64,000 nt of DNA from the NCBI RefSeq assembly GCF_006345805.1, contig NC_043006.1:73780001-73844000 (forward strand), written 5' to 3'. The translations under genes were made by a program, and so were the position numbers. Positions 1-13,918 of this stretch are shown here, one piece after another; positions within the stretch are counted from its first letter, which is position 1, and each line of letters opens with the position of its first letter. The stretch comes from Octopus sinensis. Lineage: Eukaryota. The notes beneath the pieces were generated by a model. It was given only the letters and a program-made list of their open reading frames with translations. It was not told the origin of the DNA and ran no database searches.

Positions 1-754
1 GCTAATGATTTTGCCAGTTCCTCGCCTTAAAACAACATAGATCATGAAAGCCAAGATATAACCTTGAAAAGATAGAATTCTCACAGTTTGAAAGCCTTTG
101 ATCGTTGGTCTGCCCGGTCAGTCTAGACTACAGGCTAAATACGAGTTCCAAAATGTTTCCTCTTTCTCTTTAATCCTCATTAAATAATAGAAAAAAAGTG
201 GGATTATAGTATAAAAATAATTGCATAATGGAATAATGAAATTACGAAATGACCTGATAAACTGTGAAATCTCAAGAAGGAAAGTCTAAAATGCCTGCAG
301 GAATGAGTGTTTAACTGATAAACAAGATAAGCCATAATCACTAACCACAAATAGAAAGACGCTATACAACATTTTTATGAATTTCGTCTATTATGGTTTT
401 CATCATTTCTTTCCGCTTCTCATATAGTTTCAATACAAAGCAATTAGTAGAAGTAAATCCCTTATTGTCAGACACGTGTAAGTAAATACGATTGACTGAG
501 GCGACGGGAAGTGAGAGTATAGACCGTCGTTGTCACAGATACAGGCACAATAATGATTTTTAGAATCTTTAATGTATTTATACACAGAAACATCTATTCA
601 CATATGTATTTATAAGCACAAACATTACAAGCACAAAAATGAACACACGCATACAGACGCGAATGTATATATGTACGAGGGGTATATGAAAAGTCTTGAG
701 CCTCAAACAAAATAAAAAAATTGGTACAAGACTTCTGATGAAGGTACAAGACTT

Positions 755-1541
755 CAAGGTAAAGTGAAAAAGTTGGATTAGTGGGTTCCACATGAAGTCA
801 ATGAAAATAAGAAACAGCAACGTTTGGAAGCCGACATTATGCTACTTTCTAGTCACAAAATGAATCATTTTTGAATCGAATTGTAACATATGATGAGAAA
901 TGGATCCAATACAACAACCGTAAACGTTCAGCACAATGGTGGGACAAAGGCAAGCCACCAAAACACAATCCGAAAGGCAAAATTTATCAAAAGAAGCTCA
1001 TAGTGTGTATTTGGTGGTCTGGCGCAGGTGTAATCCATTATAATTTCATTAAACCTGGCTCATCAATCGCAGCCGAAGTATATTGCAGCCAGCTGGACCA
1101 AATGATGCAGAAACGTAAAAAAAAACAGCATAGATTAGTCTACAGACCCACTCCTATTTTATTGCAAAACAACGCCAGACCACACGTTAAAATGACATTG
1201 GCGAAACTACAGGAGTTGGAGTTGGAAGTTCTCCATCACCCACCATACTCACCTGATCTTACTCCCACTGATTACCACTTATTCCAGAATCTGGATAACT
1301 TTTTGATAGCAAAAAAAGAAAAATTAATTCCAATGATGCTATAAAACAGGTCTCCCAAGATTTTATTGACTCTAGATTGCCAGGATTTTACAGTTCCGAG
1401 TTGGACAAGCTACCACTGAAATGACAAGAGTGTATTGACAATATGGGTGCATACTTTGATGAATACAACTATTCCTTGAATTTAAAAAACATTCGCAAAC
1501 ATTTTTTCTTTTCTACAAATTTCATACTTGACGACCTAATA
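755..1541 (+). mobile_element. Mariner (Tc1/mariner) transposon remnant: catalytic half of the transposase plus right TIR
   Basis: WVPHE motif (~781), ORF 871-1344 with VTYDEKW, LQNNARPH, HPPYSPDLTPTDYHLF, and a frameshifted C-terminus to ~1463. Right end reads TATTAGGTCGTCAAGTATGAAA on the minus strand (1520-1541), ending in TA. Confidence 0.93.
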
Positions 1542-2085
1542 GTTGCATGGATATTAATTCATAGAAAAAAAATCTCGCTTTAAATCGCTGAGCGAGAGAT
1601 ATGCAGTAACAGTACCGCCAAGTAAAGCTTATTTGCCAACAAAATGTGGCAGTCCTATACAAGAACACACAGCCAACTGGAAAATATTTTTCCTTGGGCT
1701 ATACAACAGTTAACATCGTTCTTGTATAGGACTGCCACTTTCTGTTACCAAATAAACTTCACTAAATATAGAAATGATAATTATTCATACGGATTCGGAT
1801 CGGAATTAGTCTTGTTTTACTCAATAAAAATCAATTTGCACGCACCGATTTTATTTCCGCCACATAATAAGGTAATCGCAAAATCTAAATTTGATAAATT
1901 TACTTGCGTATTCTCAATACATTTTATCGAATTATATTTTAATTAACATTTTGATTTGCAATATTATATATTAATTTTCTGAAAGTTGTATAGTAACTGT
2001 AGTGCAATCCTTGTTTTTTTTTTCCCTATACAGCTTTTTGTGCCTTTCATTAAACTCCTTGTACACACGCACACACACATGTACG

Positions 2086-2456
2086 TTTCAGTCATTTGAC
2101 TTTGGTCATGATGGAGCACCGCTTAAAGGGTTTTAGTCGAGCAAATCGACTCTAAAACTTATTTTCTGAAGCCTAGTACTTATCCTATCGGCCTCTTTTG
2201 CCGAACAGCTAAGTTATGGAGACGTAAACACACCAACACCGGTTAGGGACAAACACACACACACACACATGGATATATACATACATAAATGTACGGCGGG
2301 CTTCTTTCAATTTCCGTTTACCAAATCCACTCACAAGGTTTTGGTCGGCCCGAGACTATAGTAGAAGACACTTGCCCAAGGTGCCATGCAGTGGGACTGA
2401 ACCCAGAACTATGTGGGTGAGAAGAAAGCTTCTTACCACACATACACTCCTGCGTC
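2086..2456 (-). mobile_element. tRNA-derived SINE family A, near full length
   Basis: Reverse complement of the unit GGCGCAGGAGTGGCTGTGTGGTAAG...GGTTCAGTCCCACTGC...CAGTCAAATGACTGAAAC seen more than 10 times in the window; central CA/TA microsatellite. Confidence 0.9.
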
Positions 2457-5400
2457 TTTATATCTATCTATCTATATATATATATAAATATATATACACA
2501 CAGAGACAGACTCATACAGACTCACATTCACACACACACACACAGAGGACGGGCTTCCACACAGTTTTTGTGTAGGAAATTCCTTCACAAGGCGGTCGTG
2601 GTGTTGGAAAGGCCTATGCAATAATCTACTTATTAACGTTCTGAAAAGACAAGCGATTCTCAGAATGAACCGATTCTGAACCGAAAAATTTTAAAGAATT
2701 CTGTAGACCGGTCCTTCACACGCCTGTCTGTCTGAATGTGACGCGCGGAAGTAAGGTGAGTTCTGAGAATAGGTGTGGGTGAAGAAGCAGGAAATACGTC
2801 GCTTATCTTTGCACAAAGCATAAGAACCAGTGTCTTATCTTCAGTTTCTGTTACGTTAAACAGATATGAGACCAAGGCATTGGTGTAACGCAGGAAGCTT
2901 GTTCTTGCTAATATTACGAAACACTCGTCATTTTTAGTGTTGTCGCTGTCTATAATAGTGATGGTGGCTTCTTCGTTGTGTGACGTCAATTTGTATGAGG
3001 TTTAATATTCTGTAGACTTATGTTAACAATACAATTCTCGGGCCATATGAAAGGAATTCGAATTTACAAAACTCACTCTGAATAACAGATACAATACAGA
3101 GAGAAAATGCAGCTGTGAGAGAGAGAGAGAGAGTGAGTGTATGTGTGTGTTTGAGAGAGAGAAAGAGTGAGTGTGTGTGTGCTTGAGAGAGAGAGAGAGA
3201 GAGAAGAATGTTCTGGGCTACTCGACTATGAATGGCAACCTTTGAACTCGACAAAGAGGCTTGGAACGAACACCAGAAGGCTTTCCATCCGGCGCACTAA
3301 CGATTCTGCCGATTAACTGCCTTGTACAGCAGTGAATTGCTGTCGACATAACATTAGTCACATGGCTGCTAGGCATAACTGTTAAATCACCCTCATATAG
3401 CATGTACGGTCTTAAAAATATGAGATATTATAGTCCTAGAAGTACTAAATCAGAATTAAAAATGAATGGTCACGAATGGAATGTTTTTGATTAGCGGTCT
3501 GATTGATTAGAATTTTTGTTAGGGCTGAAATAGAGCTAAAATGACGGTCTGGAGGTTGGCCAATTCAGTAAAGAACTGTCTTGATGAAGGAGGGGACATA
3601 TAGTTACCACAACATTTCACAAGCCCCCTCCTTTTTCAGTACAAAATCAGTACAGCTGTTTACAGTTTCGTGGTGGTAGAACCTGAAAATTAAATATGAA
3701 TATCAATGTAATCATTTTAAAAGGAAACAAGGACTGGGTGCAAAATGTATGCAAAATTGCTTGCATATCCTTGAGTTTTAACAACCTCATAGAGAATATT
3801 TCATTATACTTTTTTTTATATTAGCTTCAGTTAGCCAACTGTAGTTATACAGGAACACATTTGTGTAGGGGTTAGACGATTACACTGATTCCAGTGATAA
3901 ATCTTACTAACTGGTATTTATTTTATTTAGGACAATGTGAACCGGCAGAAGATTTGAAATCAGATGCTAAAGGGAGTTTAACTAAATACCATAACATCTT
4001 TTTTCCCAACGCTTTTCCGATCCGCCCATTGTGCAAACAACTACCAAGACTATAATATTATTGGCAACATTAAAGTGAAACATGTTTTAAGCCTTGCTGA
4101 GCTTTCAGTTATTAAATACCCATTCTTTTAATTTCAACATTTATAGTAAATATTTCCCTTGTCGCTATAGAATATAACTTCCTGTTTAGCGATACTAAAT
4201 TATTTGCTTCCACGTTACACTGCAACATAAAATTAAAAGATACATCACGTTTCGCATAAAATTTTGACAGCACATATTTTATGTCTTGCTTGTATTATTC
4301 CTGACGAATGTGAGCATTAATTTTCTGTGAAAAAGAATTTACGACAACATCAAAAACTAATTGATGTTTTAAAAACATGTCGTTTTAATACTTTATAGCT
4401 TCATGCTTGGGACATAGACAGACCTGTCAACAATGTTAACTCTGTAGCTTTTAATTACTATATCAATTATAAATTTTTGATACAACGGGATTCTAGTTCG
4501 TTTTTTGATAACAAATAATAATGTTAATCGATCAATTGTCTGTTAATAAATGTATTGATCACCAAAAAGCAGTGTGAAAACCACTGAGGATTGAAATAAA
4601 TATAAATCACTTAAAATATATGCAAAGCAAGCAATTGTTGTTTGTTCTCAGGTCGCCCCTAACCAAGCAGAACTATAGTCGAAGACGTCCTCACCATAAC
4701 CATTCATCTAATTTTCGAGCACAACAAATCTAAGATAGCATTATCCAATGTGTTCTTCGATCACTGAGATTTGTGAGATAGTTGCTTACCATCTCCAGCA
4801 GTAGGATTCTATTGTAGTTTGTCACATTTCTGAGAAGATGCTTGGTCAAATGATCAGGATATTCGCTTCTTGAATGTAAGTAAGCTCATAAGGCTTATTC
4901 CTGGAGCGTGTCGTGCAGGGTGTCCTTCAGCGTGATGGCATCGCATATTGTTCCAATATAATCAACTGTAAATGAAGACCAACTAAGATTTTGGAAAAGA
5001 ATTCTCTCGCCTCTGCTGATATATCTCGGACCTTCTGCTGCATCAAGAGTGAGGATTCGAGAATTTGTGTGTGCCTTTTCTCGCAAATAGATAGGCATCC
5101 AGTTGGCTGTACTATACTTTTAACAATGTCTCACTTTTATCTTTTATTATTTTCTTCACTGCTTGAAACAAAAAGCAAGTAAATAAATACATAGGGAGAA
5201 TTATCGTTAACTGAGTCGACACTATTTCAAATCTTGCTTCTTTAATTCAGTAAATAAGTAAAATTGTTTCAGTTGGGATATGAACACAAAACCGTATCAT
5301 TAAACGCAGAAACTTTATGTTGGAAAAATGTTTATATATTCAGGATAATATATTTACATAGTTGACTGGTTTCGCCTATGCTAATCATGACCAAATAGTT

Positions 5401-5700
5401 GGTGGTAATGTGATAATTTAATGCTACCATAATAAGTTTTCTTTCGATGTAACAGACTAGAATGAAAACTCATTATGTTAGCATAAACTTATAACATTAT
5501 CAGTCACTGCTTTGTCCTGATTAGTATAAACAAAACCGATCGGCTATGTAAATATTTCATTTCATACACAAACACACACACACACAAACACTCTCTCTCA
5601 CATACATATACATACACACACACACACACATATATTTATATATATCATGGCCACAGTCAAATGACTGAAACAAGTAAAAGAGTAAAAGAATATGTATATG

Positions 5701-6000
5701 GGCGCAGGCGTGGCTGCGTGGTAAGAAGCTTGCTTCCTAACCCCATAGTATTGGATTCAGTCCAACTGCGTGTCACCTTTGACCAAAGCCGGGTCAACCA
5801 AAGCATTACGAGTGCATTTGCCAGACGGAAACTGAAATATTCTCGTCGTATATATATATATATATATATATATTTGTGTGTGTGTGTGTGTGTGTTTGTC
5901 CCCTGCCACCGCTTGACAACCAGTGTTGGTGTGTTTATGTCTCCGTAACTTCGCGGTTGGGCAAAAGGGAATGAATAAAATAAATATCAGGCTTAAAAAG
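5701..6000 (+). mobile_element. SINE family A, 3'-truncated
   Basis: Box A/B-like head GGCGCAGGCGTGGCTGCGTGGTAAG; body matches other copies. A detached 3' tail piece lies at ~5647-5690. Confidence 0.85.
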
Positions 6001-6003
6001 TAG

Positions 6004-6065
<62 letters not shown>

Positions 6066-6094
6066 TACTTTTTAAGCCTGATATTTATTTTATT
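5974..6094. repeat. Palindrome: 30-bp unique arms around a (TA)n centre
   Basis: AATAAAATAAATATCAGGCTTAAAAAGTAG (5974-6003) is the reverse complement of 6065-6094. Confidence 0.93.
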
Positions 6095-7551
6095 TATTGG
6101 AGTGAAAATTTCTAATCTCCTTACCCTTCTATAGAGGGAGCGTCTCTCAAGCCTCTTCGACTTATATTTTCAAATAACCGCTATAGCTAATACCTAACTG
6201 GACTCACATCTCTTTTTCCCATAAGGATTAATACGAATCTCCTAGATTCTATTCTGTTATTTCCTTTCTCAAGTCTTTTGTAAAAATTTTGCGTATATTT
6301 CTTGCAGTGAAGAGTACATTGAAAAATAATTAATTAATTTAATTAATTCAATTTTATTCAATTCAATCATGAATTTGCATTATTTTTATATCTCTGTAGG
6401 AAACGATCGCCTGATTGAATTAAAATTCTCTTACATATTTTAACAACTTCTCTTTTCCATTTTTATCTAAACTGTTGAGTTTTATGGAACTTCTTTCCAT
6501 AAATTCGCAACACATCATATACAAGTATTATTTGCATATTCCCAAATTTACGCCTGTAAACTACCGGCAAAATATGAAGAATCAATATTAGAATTCTTTT
6601 TTGGAAAACTCCAAATTAAAGGACATGTATATATATTCGAGTATAAAATGTTTCTGCCTTTTCCTTCTTGTCATATTTTTCCTACAACTCACCATGTAGA
6701 ATGTTTTTCAAACCTTACACACACGCACACCCATACACACACACCTATACACACGCGCCCTCACGAACACACACACACACACACACATAATCTCACACAC
6801 ATTAACAACGATTTATATTTAGTTAGGCCAAAGGAGCTTTTCTAACGGAAACATTTACAAACCTTTTACATATTCATAGAGCTCAAAATCCTAAAACAGT
6901 AACTATAAAACTTGTAGCACTTAAAATCAATTAGCAACAGACACTAAACTGAACATTGATAAAAGTGTTTAGTTCATGAGTGCTCTACCATGAAAATCAA
7001 TATGATGTTCCACCAGGCCATATTTAAGTGAAGAAAGCTCTGAGACTATATTTAAAAAACAGAAATTAGAATACTAACTTCGCTTCAAATCATAATTCAT
7101 GAATGACAGGAATGCAATCATGTTATTTCTAAGTTTTCAGCGCAAAGACGAAGACGCGTACTATTACAAATGCACTATTCTTGGTGCATATATATTTCTT
7201 CATTTGTCGAGTTTATGCTTTAAGTGAAGCTCTATAATAACCACAGTTGCTCCAACTGGGCAGAGTTGAGGTAATGCATAATTAATGCCTGAACTGTCAC
7301 AATTCAAAACCAAGATTTATATTTATTTCTTTATTGCTCACCATAGGGGGTTAAACATAGAGGGGGCAAACAAGGACAGACAAAGGAATGAAGTCGATTG
7401 CCTCGACCCCAGTGTGTAACTGGTACTTATTTAATCGAAGGATGAGAGGCAAATGGATATTCCCTTCAATTGGGTTAACATACTTAATTCCTGTGGATCA
7501 TATATGACATCTATAAATAAAGAATCGAGTTTGGTATAATAGTAAATATAG

Positions 7552-7660
7552 GCACAGGTGTGACTGTGAGGTAAGAAGCTTGCCTCCCAGCCTCATGGTT
7601 CCGGGTTCAGCCCCACTGCGTGTGGCACTTTGGACGTGTGTCTTCCATTATTGCCTCGAG
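7552..7660 (+). mobile_element. SINE family A head fragment
   Basis: GGCACAGGTGTGACTGTGAGGTAAGAAGCTTGC...GGTTCAGCCCCACTGC. Confidence 0.75.
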
Positions 7661-7854
7661 TCGATCTAAGGAGATTTGGTAGAATAGTTTCACCATTCCA
7701 TAGCAAAACCATTATATTACAGTTTGACAATTTTTGAAACAGCTGTAAGATAAAATAGTTAGACCAAATGAACCGGCTATTGTAAGTAAAAATAATTATT
7801 GAAAAAAGACGCATTTAGCCAAATTTGAATATACGACAGTTTAGCAGGATAACG

Positions 7855-7889
<35 letters not shown>

Positions 7890-7898
7890 TATATATAT

Positions 7899-7935
<37 letters not shown>

Positions 7936-8422
7936 CATTGTTTTTTGTTCCCCACAATCCCTTGAGAATTGATGTTGATTTATTCAACGATAAACATATT
8001 TCAAAATACAGTGTCACCTGCTTAGGATTTTCGCTTGCTGTAATTAGTTTCGTTACGGAAGAATTTCGAAACCTTCGGTTAAATCGTTTTCTCGTCGGTA
8101 TAGATCGATAAAAACTATACACACATGCCTACAGATGAACAGACATGCACACAGTCACACATATACATACTCCCACATTTTAATATCTTACTACTTTCAC
8201 AGACTGCAACTAACTTGGAATAAGGACCGTGGATGCTTTACCTATCATAATGATCCTAGTACTAATTTCAGTTTTGAACCTAAGTTATTGTCTTCACATG
8301 CTGAGCAGCTATAGGTATTTATTTGTTTGAGCACTTGTGACTATTTTATTTATCAAGTCTTGATTTTACTACAAATGAATTCTCTGATATTTATGTTGTG
8401 CATATGAGTGGTGTAGCAAAAG

Positions 8423-8794
8423 TAATAAGAACAAGAGCATTAGAGAGCGCAAACCCCCGCCAAGGCAACATCAACGCTTTCTCAACGATTAGCCAGTGAT
8501 AATTTTTAAAATGAGAATATCTGAAATCAACTCGACTGCTCTCACAAACGAGAATACTAAAAATGAACACGACCGGTCTCAAAAATTAAATAAATAAACG
8601 GAAAATAATCCAGAATCCTTGTCCGACACCGGATCGATCCCAAAATCTAATCTGTTCGTGCCAATCATGAGGCCAAACATCCCTGAAAGTTTCATCGGAA
8701 TATATCCAGGGGTTCTTGGGATATCTTGTCCTCGGTCAAACAAGCAAACACAACTGAAAACAATACCCCTTCCTTTGTTAGGCGGACGTAATAA
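8423..8794 (+). mobile_element. Helentron-associated non-autonomous element (HINE/DINE-1-like)
   Basis: 5' AACAAGAGCATTAGAGAGCGCAAACCCCCGCCAAGGC and 3' CCTTTGTTAGGCGGACGTAATAA form imperfect subterminal inverted repeats; internal AAAGTTTCATCGGAAT...GATATCTTG...CAAACAAGCAAAC block resembles this element class. Confidence 0.65.
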
Positions 8795-8824
8795 GAATTC
8801 ACGTCTACATTGTATATGAAAGTG

Positions 8825-8896
<72 letters not shown>

Positions 8897-8974
8897 TTGT
8901 ACCTAGCAAACACAAATAAGGAGATAATAATATACAAGATAAAATAATAGCTACAGAGTAAAAGTTACAGAGTG

Positions 8975-9007
8975 CAATGCTTCGAGCATAGCTATTCGTC
9001 GGATGCT
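8975..9007 (-). ncRNA. Degenerate minimal hammerhead-like motif
   Basis: Minus strand CCGACGA-A-UAGC-UAU-GCUC-GAAG; several deviations from CUGANGA...GAAA, probably inactive. Confidence 0.4.
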
Positions 9008-9147
9008 AGAGGAAATTCCAGCAGGGACGGGAAACAGAATGGAGGGTGGAAATAAAGAATAAAAGGAGAACCATCAAATCACGTGGACTGTGTATATGAA
9101 CATAGTGCATATATGTAATATATAATAAATATAAATACATGTATATG

Positions 9148-9200
<53 letters not shown>

Positions 9201-9375
9201 TATATTTGTGTGTTTATTGTATGTATAGATGTACACATGTAATATAGACAACATATACATACATTCATATATATAAATATATGTATACATACGTACATAA
9301 ATATATATATATATATACATGCATAATATACATGTGTATATGTATGGTATGTATGTATGTATGTATGTATGTATG

Positions 9376-9420
<45 letters not shown>

Positions 9421-10412
9421 TATATGCATACCTGTATGCATGCTGCTCGCACCATGAATATGTAGTTGAGATACTAGTTATGCAACCACGTCATTATTTA
9501 TTCAGAGAAGGAGGATGGCGGTTTAGTAACATAAAAATAAAGAGAAAAAGCGAAATTTCTGTATCAAAGGATTGAAACCAAGGATCAGTTTTTTTTTCTG
9601 CTCAGCTGGAGTTTTTACTCCATCTGACAATATCTAGTACGAGCGTAAGCAGATGTTTGTTTTTAGACGTTTAACGAAGCTTCCGTTTCTGTGCCATAAA
9701 AGTTAAATTATTTCTAATAATTACCTTATTATTCTTTAAAAACTTTTTTTTATAATATCCTTGTAATGTTAGGAAAGATATGAGCTATATTTGCAAAGGA
9801 ATGTATTTTGTTTAACAGGAACTGACTAACGTGATGAAAGTAAATTCAGCAGAAGAAATTGCTTACAGTAGCAAATGTTTATAAAACTATAAATCGCCAA
9901 AGTTTCAGACAACTCGGTAAAAGTTCTTGGTTCTGTAAAGAATAACCTAGACGCTATACTGACAAGTTTACATTTTTGTTTTTGTTTTCAGTTTTGATAT
10001 TTTTTCTTCGCTCTCCAAGAGATGAAGATTCATTTGAAATGTTAAACGAGTTTGAGATACATACTTTTGTATTATCCTCAAAGTATAAATCCGTACCTAA
10101 TGTCGAGTCATATTATTCTAAATTAGCAGACAGCGTTTTACGAGGATAAAAGAGAACGAAAGATATTAAAGGAGAGAAAGGAGAGAATGAAACAGAGAGA
10201 AAGGTTGGAAACGGGTATGTATGTATGTATGTATATGAATGTATTTATATGTACGTATACGCATGTGTGTATATGTATATATATATACACACATTTATTT
10301 ATATAGACATACATATGTATATATAAACATAGGGGTATATTCATCTATATACACCTAATATATCTAATATATATACATATATAATTATATGCATTCATAT
10401 ATATCTATATCT

Positions 10413-10465
<53 letters not shown>

Positions 10466-10909
10466 TATATATGCATACACACAAGCATACACATACATAT
10501 ATATACAGAAAGGACGAGAGAAAGACAGAGAGGGAAATTGATTTACTGTTACACTTTATTTACTGTATTCTTTGACATAATATATAGATTTTTTTAACTT
10601 CTTGCTAAAATATCGAAGTTAATCACATAATTTGTTATAGATGATTTATTTATCAGCCTTCAACTGATCGTTAGCACTGCAGACAAAATGTTTAGCGGTA
10701 TTTCGTCCGTGTTCACCCCCTGCACCCAAAATTTGTCACGTTTGACTTTGCCTTTCTTTCGGACTCAATAAAATAAGTACCAATTGAGTACTGTACTCAA
10801 TGTGGTCGATAGGCCACCCTTCCCCAAAATTTTAGGTCTTGTGTCAATAGTAGAAACGATTATTACTGGTGGGAAATGGGGCGGGATTAATGTAACTTTG
10901 TCTTATATA

Positions 10910-11303
10910 GGCGTAGGAGTAGCTGTGTGGTAAGTAGCCTGCTTACGAACCACATGGCTCTGGCTTCAGTCCCACTGCGTGGCACCTTGGGCAAGTGTCT
11001 TCTACTATAGCCTCGGGCCGACCAAAGCCTTGTGAGAGGATTTGGTAGACGGAAACTGAAAGAAACCCGTCGTATATATGTATGTATGTGTGTGTATATT
11101 TTTGTGTGTCTGTGCCCCCCCCCTAACATCGCTTGACAACCGATGCTGGTGTGTTTACGTCCCCGTAAGATAGCGGTTCGGCAAAAAAGACCGATAGAAT
11201 AAGTACTAGGCTTACAACGAATAAGTCCTGGGGACGATTTGCTCGACGAAAAGGTGGTGCTCCAGCATGGCCACAGTCAATTGACTGTAACAAGTAAAAG
11301 AGT
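10910..11303 (+). mobile_element. SINE family A, full length
   Basis: Head GGCGTAGGAGTAGCTGTGTGGTAAG to tail CAGTCAATTGACTGTAACAAGTAAAAGAG. Confidence 0.92.
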
Positions 11304-11385
11304 GAAATCACAAATTGTCCAACAATTCCAACAATTATTCATTTTATAAAAAAGCATTCATACTTCGTAATCAATTCTTCTGTGT

Positions 11386-13347
11386 AATATCTAATATAAG
11401 CAAGGGAAAGAAATATTTTCTCGATGATATTAATCCAACAACAAACAGGATATCTGATCTTAAGATGTAACATCTTTCTTTGCATATCAGCAAAATTTTA
11501 AACGCATATGCTGATGTAAGCAAATGTCAATGCGTTGTCAAGTTTATTTTTCTCTATGAATATATGCATACATATACATTCGTAAATACACGCACACACA
11601 AACACGCACACACCCACACACATATATAGTTGAACGTATATGAATTATAAAATAAATTCATGTATAGATCTCATACTATTATCTCTAACGTAGATTTATT
11701 TATTCATGTTTTTTAACTGGAATTCGTACATTCTTTATTCAAGTCACAATTCTTGTATCTCCTAGGAAATATAGTAAATATATATGATGATATGATGGTA
11801 ATATCTGATTAACATCAACCACAAATAAAACAATATGGGATAAATATTCTCATAGATAAAGAATATAGCTATATTACGATACCACATGGACCTCCGTACA
11901 GATATACAAGATTATTTAGTTTAAAAATGAAACGAGATATATCTTGTTAATGAAATGGTATCATAAGGTTAATTCAGTTTTAAATTATATAATAAGATGT
12001 GAATATTTGAGTTGTAAAATTTCGCACCTGTCTGGTCTGCACTTTGACAATATCTTCTCCCTCCTCTTCCACGAGTTGCAGTTGCTCTCTCAAGCGTCAT
12101 GCGCAATTTTTCACGACTTAGATATAAAAAGCTTAAATAAGCCAAAGGCATCGATTGAGATTGAATAAAGTATGTATTCTTTTACGTTTCCCACTGCGGC
12201 CATGCCGAGGCACTCCGTTGAAGAGTTTGGTCGAACAAATCAACTTCAGTACATTTTGTTTCTTAAACCTACTCCTAAGTCTATCAATCCCTTTGACCGA
12301 ACCTGTAAGTAACAGACGTAAACAAACTCACATGGTTCTCAAGTGGTGGTGACGGACAAATACAAAGAACGTTCACACACACACACACACACATACAAGA
12401 GAGATGTATGTATAACGGGTTTTGTACACAATTTCGTCTAACAAATTCACACTCAAAATATTGGTCGGCGCAGAGTGTAAACGAAGATAGGACTGAACTC
12501 CAAAACACGTAGTTTCGAAGCGATTTTGTACCCAATAAAGATATACTGAGTGAAGCACTTCAAAAAACAAACAAACTAAAAACAAATCTTAATTTCCTCC
12601 CACATACAGAAAGTAAACAGCTGGTAGCCTAACAGTCTAGCGAACAGTATTAGAGTAACAGAGTGACTAGAAAACTCATTATGTAGCTGATTGACGTATC
12701 ACAACAGCATAGAGTTAATCAACTCAAATATTCACATCTTATTATATAATTTAAAACTGAATTAACCTTATGATACCATTTCATTAACAAGATACATCTC
12801 GTTTCATTTTTAAACTAAATAATCTTGTATATCTGTACGGAGGTGCATATGGTATCGTAATATAGCTATATTCTTTATCTATGAGAATATTTATCCCATA
12901 TTGTTTTATTTGTGGTTGATGTTAATCAGATATTACCATCATATCATCATATATAGTTACTATATTTCCTAGGAGATACAAGAATTGTGACTTGAATAAA
13001 GAATGCACGAATTCCAGTTAAAAACATGAATAAATAAATCTACGTTAGAGATAATAGTATGAGATCTATACATGAATTTATTTTATAATTCATATACGTT
13101 CAACTATATATGTGTGTGGGTGTGTGCGTGTTTGTGTGTGTGTGTATGTATTTACGAATGTATATGTATGCATATATTCATAGAGAAAAATAAACTTGAC
13201 AACGCATTGACATTTGCTTACATCAGTATATGCGTTTAAAATTTTGCTGATATGCAAAGAAAGATGTTACATCTTAAGATCAGATATCCTGTTGTTGGAT
13301 TAATATCATCGAGAAAATATTTCTTTCCCTTGCTTATATTAGATATT
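11386..13347. repeat. Long inverted repeat: ~629-bp arms (11386-12014, 12720-13347), ~705-bp spacer
   Basis: Arms are reverse complements along their whole length with about 10 differences; the spacer holds a diverged SINE A 3' half (~12183-12370, minus strand). Confidence 0.95.
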
Positions 13348-13544
13348 TAAACACTCAGGTGTCGTTAGATAAATTCAAATAGTGAAGTCATTGAACAATT
13401 CACTTTCAGCTACAACATATTAAAGGTTTCCATGCGCAGAAGATAGTAAATGAGATAAGATTTAGAGATATAACCGGAACACACACGAACACACACGAAC
13501 AAACACACACACACACACACACATACATACAATCACACACATGA

Positions 13545-13591
<47 letters not shown>

Positions 13592-13700
13592 CTATATGTA
13601 TACACATACACATATCTGCATACACATATATATATAAGGTGATATGCATATATATATATATGTAATTATATAATATATATATAATATATATATATATATA

Positions 13701-13735
<35 letters not shown>

Positions 13736-13855
13736 ATGTATATATATATATATATATATATAATATATGTATATAGATATATATATTATATATATATATA
13801 TATTATATATATATATATATTATAATATATATATATGTATATATATATATATATC

Positions 13856-13913
<58 letters not shown>

Positions 13914-13918
<5 letters not shown>

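Noticed and set aside
2660-2989. 109-aa minus-strand ORF of non-repetitive composition
   Set aside because: Non-ATG start, no recognisable motif and no supporting splice context; cannot be called coding without a search.
4895-5098. ORF containing RGERILFQNLSW, reminiscent of an ABC-ATPase N-terminus
   Set aside because: No Walker A motif follows and the ORF ends after 67 codons; likely coincidence.
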